Shown: positions 1 through 6,962 of the stretch, piece after piece
How the letters are laid out: the number at the start of each line of letters is the position of its first letter
How positions within the stretch are numbered: position 1 is the stretch's first letter
From: an uncultured Janthinobacterium sp.
GTDB lineage: Bacteria; Vulcanimicrobiota; Vulcanimicrobiia; Vulcanimicrobiales; Vulcanimicrobiaceae
Length of the DNA stretch: 10,854 nucleotides
Assembly (NCBI GenBank): GCA_964658025.1
Contig: CAZZXB010000102.1
Location: 1 to 10,854, forward strand
Reading direction: 5' to 3'
The notes under the pieces: generated by a model
Seen by the model: the letters and a program-made list of their open reading frames with translations, nothing else
What the model was told of the DNA's origin: nothing
Database searches by the model: none
Program-made: the position numbers and the translations under genes

Positions 1-1
1 T

Positions 2-115
2 CAGGTTCGAGCCGTCGCGCGTTCGTCCGCGCCCGCAATCGAACGCTCCGCACACGCTCCGACACCCGGCACGCGCGACGTCGTCTCGCGCGCCGTCGAG
101 GTGCCGAGAGTCTAG
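2..115 (+). CDS. Possible 3' end of a convergent gene entering from outside the window (QVRAVARSSAPAIERSAHAPTPGTRDVVSRAVEVPRV*)
   Basis: Frame starting at nt 2 is open to TAG at 113-115, has several GTC/GCG/CGC codons and is followed by a hairpin at 123-139. No recognisable motif. Confidence 0.25.
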   Translation, partial: QVRAVARSSAPAIERSAHAPTPGTRDVVSRAVEVPRV

Positions 116-122
116 TCGACGC

Positions 123-184
123 CGCTCCGCATCGGAGCGCGAGACGAAAACGAAATTCGATGTCGGCCGATGCCGCCGCCGACG
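123..184. terminator. Two small hairpins in the intergenic region; possible weak terminator(s)
   Basis: cgctccg-cat-cggagcg at 123-139 and gtcggc-N10-gccgac at 162-183. On the minus strand the second is followed by an interrupted T-rich run (tcgaatttcgtttt). No clean U-tract. Confidence 0.3.
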
Positions 185-203
185 TGTCGCCCTCATTCGG
201 ACG

Positions 204-1232
204 CTACGGAGAAGGGGCATCGATTCGCGCGAATACCTCCGCGAATTGTCGCTCGTCCGCGAGCTCCAAGACTCCACGCGTGCAGTTTCCGTGAAACCGC
301 CACGGCCGCGTGATCACCGGCGGCCGAAAGATCCGAACGTCGTCCGGAGCGATGCGAAACTTCACGACGAGCGGGCTGTCGACGTACGTCGACGCGCATC
401 CGTCGTCGCATCGTTCGAAACCGAAGGGCCGTCGATGCGGGTCGTTCGGGAGGGCGTGGACGACGTGCGCGGCACGCACGATGGTATCGATGACGAGTGA
501 TTTTCCGGGCAGCAACTCGGCCTGCGCCGATTCTCCGAGGCGATTACTGCAAAAAAAGGTCGTGTCGATCGTACGGAGCGGAAGCAGAGCGAAATCTCGG
601 CGTAGGCGATCGGTTCCGGCGTCTTCGAAATATCGATCGCCGACGCCGATCGCGTCGTCCTTCGGAACGGCGGAAATCGCATAACGGACCGACGCCGAGA
701 TCTCCGGTGCGGTTTTCCATCGCGCCACGATGACGTACGGATCGGCGCTCGGCTCGAGCGCACGATCGAGATCGAACGAGACCACCTCCTCCGTATCCCG
801 GTCCTCGATCGCCCCCGATCGTCGACCGCGCGCGACCGTCCGACCGTCGACGTCCGTGACGAAGACCTCGAGCGCGGTCGATGCGTTCGTTTCGATCAGC
901 GGCGGCGGGATCGTCGCGCGCGTCGGCGTCGGCATCGGCATCGGCGTGACGGTCGCGTTCGGTCGGGGCGTCGGGGATGCCGTTGGAATCGGCGTCGGCG
1001 ACGGCGTGAGCGTCCGTTCCGGATCGACGAGACGCTCGGCGAGATGATAGCTCCCCGATATCTCGACCTCGACGCGCGAGACGGAATCCGGGCGCACGCC
1101 GAGCGTAAAGAGATGCGGATCGCTTGTCGCGGTGGGCTCGGGTCCCGGCGTGCGGCGCGGGAAGGGCGTCGCGATCCACGCGCGCGGCGTCGTAAGCGGC
1201 GGTGGGGTTGCGACCGCCGGGGGCGGGGTCAC
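204..1232 (-). CDS. Hypothetical protein (342 aa) with two Pro/Thr-rich low-complexity segments and four Cys in the C-terminal half
   Basis: Long ORF whose GTG start overlaps the leuD stop (GTGA, 1229-1232). Protein-like sequence with TPSPTPIPTASPTP linkers. No family recognised. Confidence 0.7.
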   Translation of the reverse strand: MTPPPAVATPPPLTTPRAWIATPFPRRTPGPEPTATSDPHLFTLGVRPDSVSRVEVEISGSYHLAERLVDPERTLTPSPTPIPTASPTPRPNATVTPMPMPTPTRATIPPPLIETNASTALEVFVTDVDGRTVARGRRSGAIEDRDTEEVVSFDLDRALEPSADPYVIVARWKTAPEISASVRYAISAVPKDDAIGVGDRYFEDAGTDRLRRDFALLPLRTIDTTFFCSNRLGESAQAELLPGKSLVIDTIVRAAHVVHALPNDPHRRPFGFERCDDGCASTYVDSPLVVKFRIAPDDVRIFRPPVITRPWRFHGNCTRGVLELADERQFAEVFARIDAPSP

Positions 1233-1765
1233 GCGACCGGGCGGCGGGCGCGCTCCCAGGTGCGGATCTCGGGGATCTTCCCCGCGAGGAACGCCATGTA
1301 TCCGCCCGAGAGCAAGAACTGCTTGCGCAGTTCGTTGAGCGAAAACTTCAGCACCGAACCGTCCGGCGTGCGGATCGTCTCGGCGGCGAGATCGACGGCG
1401 AGTTCCTTCGCCGCGAGAAGGGCGTCGATCTCGCCCGCATCGACGACGACCGGCGCGAGACCGTTATTGTAGGCGTTCTCCTCGAAGATCCGTGCGAAGC
1501 TCGGCGCGATGACGACGCGCAGGCCGCGATCGAGCATCGCCCAGGGCGCGTGCTCGCGCGAACTGCCGCACCCGAAATTCTCGCGCGACACGGCGATCGT
1601 CGCGCCCGCGTGCTTCGCGAGTAATTCCGCGCCGCCGGTCATGCCCGTGAAGAGGAACGTCCCGAGCCCGGTCTTGTCGATGCCCGTGAGGTGGTTCGCC
1701 GGAATGATCTGATCCGTATCGACGTTCGCGCGATCGATCGGCAGCACGGCTCCCGCGACGATCAT
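1229..1765 (-). CDS. leuD: 3-isopropylmalate dehydratase small subunit (178 aa)
   Basis: Motifs NVDTDQIIPA, NFGCGSSREHAPWA and SFARIFEENAYNNGL. ATG at 1765 overlaps the leuC stop (ATGA). Only the last 178 aa of the 551-aa track ORF are LeuD. Confidence 0.95.
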   Translation of the reverse strand: MIVAGAVLPIDRANVDTDQIIPANHLTGIDKTGLGTFLFTGMTGGAELLAKHAGATIAVSRENFGCGSSREHAPWAMLDRGLRVVIAPSFARIFEENAYNNGLAPVVVDAGEIDALLAAKELAVDLAAETIRTPDGSVLKFSLNELRKQFLLSGGYMAFLAGKIPEIRTWERARRPVA

Positions 1766-3129
1766 GCGGGCACCCCGTCCGAGACGACGGCCGGAAGTTC
1801 GTTCGGCGACGCGATCCGTCCGAGGACCGCGCTCGCCGCGACGACCGCGGGCGAGGCGAGATGCACGCGACCGCCCGCGCCCATCCGACCCGGAAAATTG
1901 CGATTCGTCGACGAGATGCAACGCGCTTCGGGCGCGAGGACGCCCATCGACATCCCGAGACACGGACCGCACGACGAGTGCGTCCAGAGCGCGCCCGCGT
2001 CCTGAAAGACGTCGTGCAGACCCTCGCGCTCCGCGGCGCGCTTCACGGCTTGCGAACCCGGCGTCACGATCGTCGGAATCGTCACCGTCCTTCCGCGCAA
2101 GACGTCCGCCGCCGCGCGAAGGTCCGAGAGACGCGCGTTCGTACACGATCCGACGAACGCCTGATCGAGCGCGAGCGAGCGCATCGAGGTGCCGGCTTCG
2201 AGTCCCATGTACGCGAGGGCGGCGGGATCGGCATCCGCCGGAACGACGCCGTCGAGCGGCACGCTCTGCCCGGGATTGGTCCCGTAGCTCACCATCGGGC
2301 GCAGATCCGTCACGTCGAGCGCGACCTCGCGATCGTACGTCGCGCCGACGTCCGCGACGAGCGTCCGCCACATCGCGACGTTCGCTTCGAACGCATCGCC
2401 GACGGGCTGGTTCTCGCGCCCGCGCAGGTACGAAAACGTCGTCTCGTCGGGCGGACACATCCCCGTCGTGGCACCGGCTTCGATCGCCATATTGCAGAGC
2501 GTCATCCGCTCGTCCATCGAAAGCGATTCGATACATTCGCCCGCATACTCGAGCACGTAGCCCGTGCCGCCTTTGAAACCGATCGACGCGATGACGAACA
2601 GCGCGAGATCTTTCGCCGTCGCACCGTGCGAGAGCCGACCGTTCACCGTGATGCGCATGACCTTCGGGCGCTCGAGTACGAGGCACCCCGAGAGCATCGC
2701 GCCGCCCTGCGCCGTCGAACCGACGCCGAGCGCGAACGCGCCGAAGGCGCCGAGCGTACAGGTGTGGCTGTCGCCGCACGCGAGCGTCATCCCGGGTTCC
2801 ACGTACCCGCGCTCGGGCGCGACGACGTGACAGATCCCGTTCTTGCCGAGATCGTAGAGCACGATGTCGTGGCGCTTCGCCCAATCGCGCAACACCTTCG
2901 CCTGAATCGCCGTATCGGAATCCTTCGCGGGCGACACGTGATCGTTGATCGCGACGATCCGCTTGGGATCGAAGAGTCGGTCGCCGAAATCGCGCTCGAT
3001 CTCGCGCGCGCCCTGCGGGGTCGTGATCTCGTGCGCGACCACGCGATCGACGAAGAGGAGCGCGTTCCCACCCGCGAGCGTCTCGACGACGTGGGCGTTC
3101 CAGACTTTCTCAAAGAGCGACTGTGGCAC
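1762..3129 (-). CDS. leuC: 3-isopropylmalate dehydratase large subunit (455 aa), 4Fe-4S aconitase family
   Basis: SLFEKVW N-terminus, GDSHTCT, cluster ligands GSCTNAR and SCGPCLG, STNRNFPGRMG. Start moved to GTG 3129, preceded by SD AAAGGA (3141-3136). Confidence 0.95.
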   Translation of the reverse strand: MPQSLFEKVWNAHVVETLAGGNALLFVDRVVAHEITTPQGAREIERDFGDRLFDPKRIVAINDHVSPAKDSDTAIQAKVLRDWAKRHDIVLYDLGKNGICHVVAPERGYVEPGMTLACGDSHTCTLGAFGAFALGVGSTAQGGAMLSGCLVLERPKVMRITVNGRLSHGATAKDLALFVIASIGFKGGTGYVLEYAGECIESLSMDERMTLCNMAIEAGATTGMCPPDETTFSYLRGRENQPVGDAFEANVAMWRTLVADVGATYDREVALDVTDLRPMVSYGTNPGQSVPLDGVVPADADPAALAYMGLEAGTSMRSLALDQAFVGSCTNARLSDLRAAADVLRGRTVTIPTIVTPGSQAVKRAAEREGLHDVFQDAGALWTHSSCGPCLGMSMGVLAPEARCISSTNRNFPGRMGAGGRVHLASPAVVAASAVLGRIASPNELPAVVSDGVPA

Positions 3130-4831
3130 GTTGGGTCCTTTCGGCGTGGAGTCCACCCGAGCGAATCTTATCGATGACGATCGCGCGGTTCACCGCGGAG
3201 ACGACCGCGAGCAACGACGCGCGCACGATGTTGCGATCGCGTCCGGCGCCGTGGTGGCGCTTCTCGCCGACGTCGATCGCCACGTAGGCCACGGCGGCGG
3301 CGTCTTCGCCGTCGCCGATCGCGTGTTCGTGGTAGTCGCGCACGTGGAGTTCGATCGAGAGTTCGCCGCGAAGCGCCGCGACGAGCGCGTCGATCGGGCC
3401 GTTCCCCTGACCCCAGAACGAACGGACCGATCCGTGCTCCGCGATCGAGGCCTCGAGCGTGATCCGCCCCGCGCCGTCGTCGGCCGCGTGCGCGTCGATG
3501 AGACGGAGCGGCGCGTGACGGTCGAGATATTCGCGTTCGAAGGCGGCGACGACTTGGAGCGACGTCACTTCGCCGCCGCTCTCCTCGGAGATGCCCTGGA
3601 CGACGCGGCTGAATTCGACCTGCATCGCGCGCGGTAACGTAAAACCGTAATCCTGCTCGAGGACGTACGCCACGCCGCCCTTCCCCGACTGACTGTTGAT
3701 GCGGACGATCGCTTCGTACGAGCGCCCGAGATCGGCCGGGTCGACCGGGAGATAGGGGACGTCCCACACGACGTCGCCGCGCGCTTCGCGTGCCGCGAGC
3801 CCCTTCTTGATCGCATCCTGATGCGAACCGGAAAAGGCCGTGAACACGAGATCGCCGCCGTACGGATGGCGCGCGTCGACGGTCATGCGGTTACAGTATT
3901 CGACCGTCTCGACGACCGACCGGATGTCCGAGAAATCGAGACCGCCCGTGTCGATGCCCTGCGAGAAGAGATTGAGCGCGAGCGTCACGACGCAGACGTT
4001 GCCCGTGCGCTCGCCGTTACCGAAGAGCGTGCCTTCGACGCGATCGGCGCCCGCCATGAGCCCGAGTTCGGCCGCCGCGATCGCCGTGCCGCGATCGTTG
4101 TGCGGGTGGAGCGACAACACGAACTCGGAGCGGCGCGGGAGCCGATCGAAATATTCGATGCGATCCGCGTACACGTTCGGCGTCGACATCTCGACCGTCG
4201 CCGGCAGGTTCACGATCACGCGCCGCTCCGCGCTCGCGCCCCAGGCGTCGAGCACGGCCTCGACGATCCGCCGCGCGAACGGCATCTCGGTCCCCGTGAA
4301 GCTCTCGGGCGAATACTCGAGGACGATCTCGCCGACGGTCCCGCGCCGCTCGAGTTCGCGCACCCGCGTCACGGCGCGCACGGCGATGTCGACGATGCCG
4401 TCTTCGTCGAGTCCGAAGACGACCCGCCGCTGCAGCGTCGAGGTGGAATTATAGACGTGCACGATCGCGCGCCGGGCGCCCGCGATCGCCTCGAAGGTTC
4501 GATCGATCAGCTCGTCGCGTGCCTGCGTGAGCACCTGAATCGTCACGTCGTTCGGAATCGCGTTCCGTTCGATGAGATGTCGGACGAAATCGAAATCCGG
4601 CGCGGACGAAGCGGGGAATCCGACTTCGATCTCTTTGAATCCCAGCCGGACGAGTAACTCGAACATCCGGCGCTTGCGCTCGAGCCCCATCGGCTCGACG
4701 AGCGCTTGATTCCCGTCGCGGAGGTCGACGCTACACCACGTCGGCGCGCGTTCGATCGTGCGCCCCGGCCAACGCCGATCGGCGAGCGCCATGGTTTCGT
4801 ACGGTCGGTATTTATGGATCGGCATCGACAT
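3110..4831 (-). CDS. leuA: 2-isopropylmalate synthase, Mycobacterium/yeast-like (type 2) LeuA with C-terminal regulatory domain (573 aa)
   Basis: WCSVDLRDGNQAL, LEYSPESF, NLPATVEM, HPHNDRG, GTLFGNGERTGN, AFSGSHQDAIKKG, IRINSQSGKGG, GNGPIDA. SD GGGAG lies upstream of ATG 4831. 3' end overlaps the leuC start by 20 nt. Confidence 0.97.
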   Translation of the reverse strand: MSMPIHKYRPYETMALADRRWPGRTIERAPTWCSVDLRDGNQALVEPMGLERKRRMFELLVRLGFKEIEVGFPASSAPDFDFVRHLIERNAIPNDVTIQVLTQARDELIDRTFEAIAGARRAIVHVYNSTSTLQRRVVFGLDEDGIVDIAVRAVTRVRELERRGTVGEIVLEYSPESFTGTEMPFARRIVEAVLDAWGASAERRVIVNLPATVEMSTPNVYADRIEYFDRLPRRSEFVLSLHPHNDRGTAIAAAELGLMAGADRVEGTLFGNGERTGNVCVVTLALNLFSQGIDTGGLDFSDIRSVVETVEYCNRMTVDARHPYGGDLVFTAFSGSHQDAIKKGLAAREARGDVVWDVPYLPVDPADLGRSYEAIVRINSQSGKGGVAYVLEQDYGFTLPRAMQVEFSRVVQGISEESGGEVTSLQVVAAFEREYLDRHAPLRLIDAHAADDGAGRITLEASIAEHGSVRSFWGQGNGPIDALVAALRGELSIELHVRDYHEHAIGDGEDAAAVAYVAIDVGEKRHHGAGRDRNIVRASLLAVVSAVNRAIVIDKIRSGGLHAERTQRATVAL

Positions 4832-4849
4832 CTGCGGTTCTCCCGGGCG

Positions 4850-4883
4850 AACGAAAAGGACCCGTCGCTTTCACGACGGGCCC
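4850..4883 (-). terminator. Intrinsic terminator of the leu attenuator
   Basis: Minus strand reads GGGCCCGUCGU-GAAA-GCGACGGGUCC-UUUUCGUU: 11-bp stem with two G-U pairs, GNRA loop and U-tract, about 20 nt before the leuA start. Confidence 0.9.
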
Positions 4884-4911
4884 CGAAGCGGAGCGGACGA
4901 CGAAAAAGCGA

Positions 4912-4974
4912 CTACGCTCGGGGCGTACCGCTAAGAAGGAGTTCCGGCTCGAGCGCGAGCGAACGATCTTCCAT
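4912..4974 (-). CDS. leu operon leader peptide MEDRSLALEPELLLSGTPRA (20 aa, 5 Leu)
   Basis: ATG 4974 to TAG 4912. Tandem CTC CTT CTT codons. Sits between a promoter and a terminator upstream of leuA, analogous to LeuL. Confidence 0.85.
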   Translation of the reverse strand: MEDRSLALEPELLLSGTPRA

Positions 4975-4981
4975 CACGTGA

Positions 4982-5010
4982 AAATTACCACGGTGCCGTT
5001 CCGGCGTCAA
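4982..5010 (-). promoter_or_regulatory. sigma70/sigA-type promoter of the leu operon with extended -10
   Basis: TTGACG (5010-5005), 17-nt spacer ending in TGG, then TAATTT (4987-4982). The predicted TSS near 4975-4974 coincides with the leader ATG. Confidence 0.8.
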
Positions 5011-5066
5011 CGCTCGCACCGCCGTTTTCATATTGTGAACGAGATATTCGAACGTGCGTTTCGACG

Positions 5067-5096
5067 TTGACACGACCGCGAACGGCGGGGTACAAA
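5067..5096 (+). promoter_or_regulatory. sigma70/sigA-type promoter of the ilv operon
   Basis: Consensus TTGACA (5067-5072), 18-nt spacer, imperfect -10 TACAAA (5091-5096) lacking the conserved final T. Confidence 0.6.
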
Positions 5097-5106
5097 AAGG
5101 ACCAAG

Positions 5107-5169
5107 ATGTTTCGACTTCTCGTCGCCCTCGTTACCCTCATTCGCCAACTGCTGGTTCGGCGCAGGTAG
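5107..5169 (+). CDS. ilv operon leader peptide MFRLLVALVTLIRQLLVRRR (20 aa: 6 Leu, 3 Val, 1 Ile)
   Basis: ATG 5107 to TAG 5169, with AAGGA at 5097-5101. Half the residues are branched-chain amino acids. Followed by a terminator. Analogous to IlvL/IvbL and absent from the ORF track. Confidence 0.9.
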   Translation: MFRLLVALVTLIRQLLVRRR

Positions 5170-5191
5170 CTTTCGCGACGTAAACGATGCG

Positions 5192-5222
5192 AGGCCCCCG
5201 CCGAACCAGCGGGGGCTTTTTT
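5192..5222 (+). terminator. Intrinsic terminator of the ilv attenuator
   Basis: GCCCCCGC (5194-5201), loop CGAACCA, GCGGGGGC (5209-5216), then UUUUUU (5217-5222). Confidence 0.93.
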
Positions 5223-5243
5223 CTTGTGATGGGAGCCCGATCC

Positions 5244-6962
5244 GTGTCAACCGAGACCGCCGACTGTACCGGCGCCGAACTCGTTCTCGACATTCTCGCA
5301 GACGAAGGCGTCGAAACCGTGTTCGGGTACCCCGGCGGTGCGATCATGCCGCTGTACGACGCCCTCTACGATCACCGCATCGAGCACGTCCTGACCCGGC
5401 ACGAAGCCGCCGCCGCGTTCGCCGCGGGGGGCTACGCGCGCTCGACCGGACGCGTCGGCGTCTGCTTCGCGACCTCGGGACCGGGCGCGACGAACCTCGT
5501 CACGGGCATCCTCGACGCCCAAATGGATTCCATTCCGATGGTCGCGATCACGGGTCAGGTCCGCACCGATCTGATGGGCACGGACGGCTTTCAAGAAGCC
5601 GACGTCGTTTCGATCATGGGGCCGGTCACCAAGCGGAGCGTCTGCGTGCGCGACGTGCGCGATCTCGAGAAAAAACTTCGCGCGGCGTTTCGCGTGGCGC
5701 GCGGACCGCGCCCGGGCCCCGTCCTCGTCGATATTCCGAACGACGTCCTCAAGGCGCGTTGTCCGCGCGTCGATCGCTTCGGCGCGCGCGGCGTGCCGCG
5801 CCCCGCGGAACGCCCGAGCGACGCGGACATCGACGAGACGATCCGTCTCTTGCGCGAAGCGAAGCGTCCGGTCGCGATCGTCGGCGGCGGCGCGCGCAGC
5901 GCGAACGCGACGCACGTGTTTCGCGAACTCTGCGCGCTGCTGAAGCTCCCGTACACGTCCACGATCAACGGCCTCGGGTGCGCCGCGCCGAACGATCCGA
6001 ACTACCTCGGGATGCTCGGCATGCACGGATGGAAGGCGGCGAATCTCGCGGTCCACACGGCCGATCTCGTGCTCGCGTTCGGCATGCGCTTCGACGATCG
6101 CGTGACGGGCAAGCCGAGTAAATTCGCGACCGGGGCGAAGATCGTCCACGCGGACATCGACGCCTCGGAGTTCGGCAAGATCATGCCGATCGCGGTCGGC
6201 CTGCGCGGCGATCTACGGCGCACGCTCGGCACGCTCTTGCAGCGGCTCGCGGGCGAGGATCTCCCGACGTTCGAGGCGTGGTCCGCGCGGGCGCAGTCGC
6301 TCGGCGGCGCGCTTCCGGCCGATCGCGCGCCCCTGGGCGCGCTCTCGGCGACCGATACGCTCGACGCGTTTTTCGCGGCGGCGCCGCCCGACACGATCGT
6401 CGCGACGGACGTCGGCCAACATCAGATGTGGGCGGCCCAGCGTCAGCGCGCGAGCCATCCGCGCAACTTCGTCACCTCGGCGGGTCTGGGATCGATGGGA
6501 TTCGGGCTCCCCGCCGCGATCGGCGCGCAGAAGGGGAACGCCGATCGGACGGTCGTCGCGATCGTCGGCGACGGCGGCTTCCAGATGTCGTTACCCGAGC
6601 TCGCGACGCTGCGCCGGTACGAGATCCCCGTCAAGATCTTGTTGATCGACAACCAACGACTCGGCATGGTCCGTCAGTGGCAAGAGCTGTTTTTCGACAA
6701 GCGGTACTCGCACACGGATCTCTCCGACAATCCCGATTTCGTCGCGATCGCGCGCGCGTACGGCGTGTACTCGGAGCGCGTCGAAGATGCGGGCGAACTG
6801 CGCGACGCGCTCGAGCGCTTCTTCAAGACGCCGGGACCCGCGCTCTTGCACTGCGCCTGCTTCGCGTCGGAGAACGTGTGGCCGCTCATCCCGCCCGGCC
6901 TCACCGCCGACGATGCGATGGAATTCGCGCCGCCGGTGCCGACCGAACCGCTCCCGGTATGA
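5244..6962 (+). CDS. ilvB: Acetolactate synthase (AHAS) catalytic subunit, 572 aa, resembling isozyme II (IlvG)
   Basis: [36 protein letters not shown]-like [37 protein letters not shown] and the ThDP motif GDGGFQM...[12 protein letters not shown]. Start moved to GTG 5244 after SD GGAG (5232-5235); the track start at 5187 lies upstream of the terminator. Confidence 0.95.
   Translation: MSTETADCTGAELVLDILADEGVETVFGYPGGAIMPLYDALYDHRIEHVLTRHEAAAAFAAGGYARSTGRVGVCFATSGPGATNLVTGILDAQMDSIPMVAITGQVRTDLMGTDGFQEADVVSIMGPVTKRSVCVRDVRDLEKKLRAAFRVARGPRPGPVLVDIPNDVLKARCPRVDRFGARGVPRPAERPSDADIDETIRLLREAKRPVAIVGGGARSANATHVFRELCALLKLPYTSTINGLGCAAPNDPNYLGMLGMHGWKAANLAVHTADLVLAFGMRFDDRVTGKPSKFATGAKIVHADIDASEFGKIMPIAVGLRGDLRRTLGTLLQRLAGEDLPTFEAWSARAQSLGGALPADRAPLGALSATDTLDAFFAAAPPDTIVATDVGQHQMWAAQRQRASHPRNFVTSAGLGSMGFGLPAAIGAQKGNADRTVVAIVGDGGFQMSLPELATLRRYEIPVKILLIDNQRLGMVRQWQELFFDKRYSHTDLSDNPDFVAIARAYGVYSERVEDAGELRDALERFFKTPGPALLHCACFASENVWPLIPPGLTADDAMEFAPPVPTEPLPV

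Larger units (their letters stand above)
4850..4974 (-). promoter_or_regulatory. Leucine-sensing transcription attenuator (leader peptide, antiterminator, terminator)
   Basis: GCCCCGAGCG (4924-4915, end of the leader ORF) can pair with CGCUUCGGGGC (4890-4880), which overlaps the 5' arm of the terminator. The Leu-Leu-Leu codons at 4941-4933 lie just upstream. Confidence 0.85.
5107..5222 (+). promoter_or_regulatory. Leu/Val/Ile-sensing transcription attenuator
   Basis: GCUGGUUCGGCG (5151-5162) is the exact reverse complement of CGCCGAACCAGC (5199-5210), which spans the terminator loop and inner stem. A competing local hairpin CGCC-AAC-UGCUG-GUU-C-GGCG forms at 5143-5162. Confidence 0.9.

Noticed and set aside
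551..557. A7 homopolymer in the orphan gene as a phase-variation or frameshift site
   Set aside because: Only 7 nt, encodes in-frame Phe-Phe-Cys, and no convincing alternative product.
920..1010. Repeated tcggcg/tcggca hexamers resembling a tandem repeat or mini-array
   Set aside because: Explained by Pro-Thr and Pro-Met codon repeats of the linker. No repeat-spacer structure, so not CRISPR.
1766..2884. 373-codon N-terminal extension of the leuD frame (551-aa ORF), suggesting a LeuC-LeuD frameshift fusion
   Set aside because: The extension is Arg-rich out-of-frame sequence over intact leuC. A normal ATGA coupling explains leuD, and no slippery site was seen.
1861..3177. 438-aa antisense ORF, and similar ones at 3821-4657, 5247-6149, 7087-8217 and 8306-9445
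   Set aside because: Shadow ORFs opposite well-supported genes, expected from high GC and codon bias. No motifs.
4832..5243. T-box riboswitch or CodY box as the regulatory mechanism
   Set aside because: No AAGGTGGTACC-like T-box motif before either terminator, leaders too short for stem I, and only a half match (GAAAATT at 4980-4986) to the CodY consensus.
4912..5250. 112-aa minus-strand ORF across the control region
   Set aside because: It crosses both promoters and the ilv attenuator. Only its last 20 codons, downstream of the leu promoter, make sense as the leader peptide.
5054..6121. 355-aa plus-strand ORF overlapping ilvB
   Set aside because: Alternate-frame Arg-rich sequence that starts upstream of the promoter and crosses the terminator.
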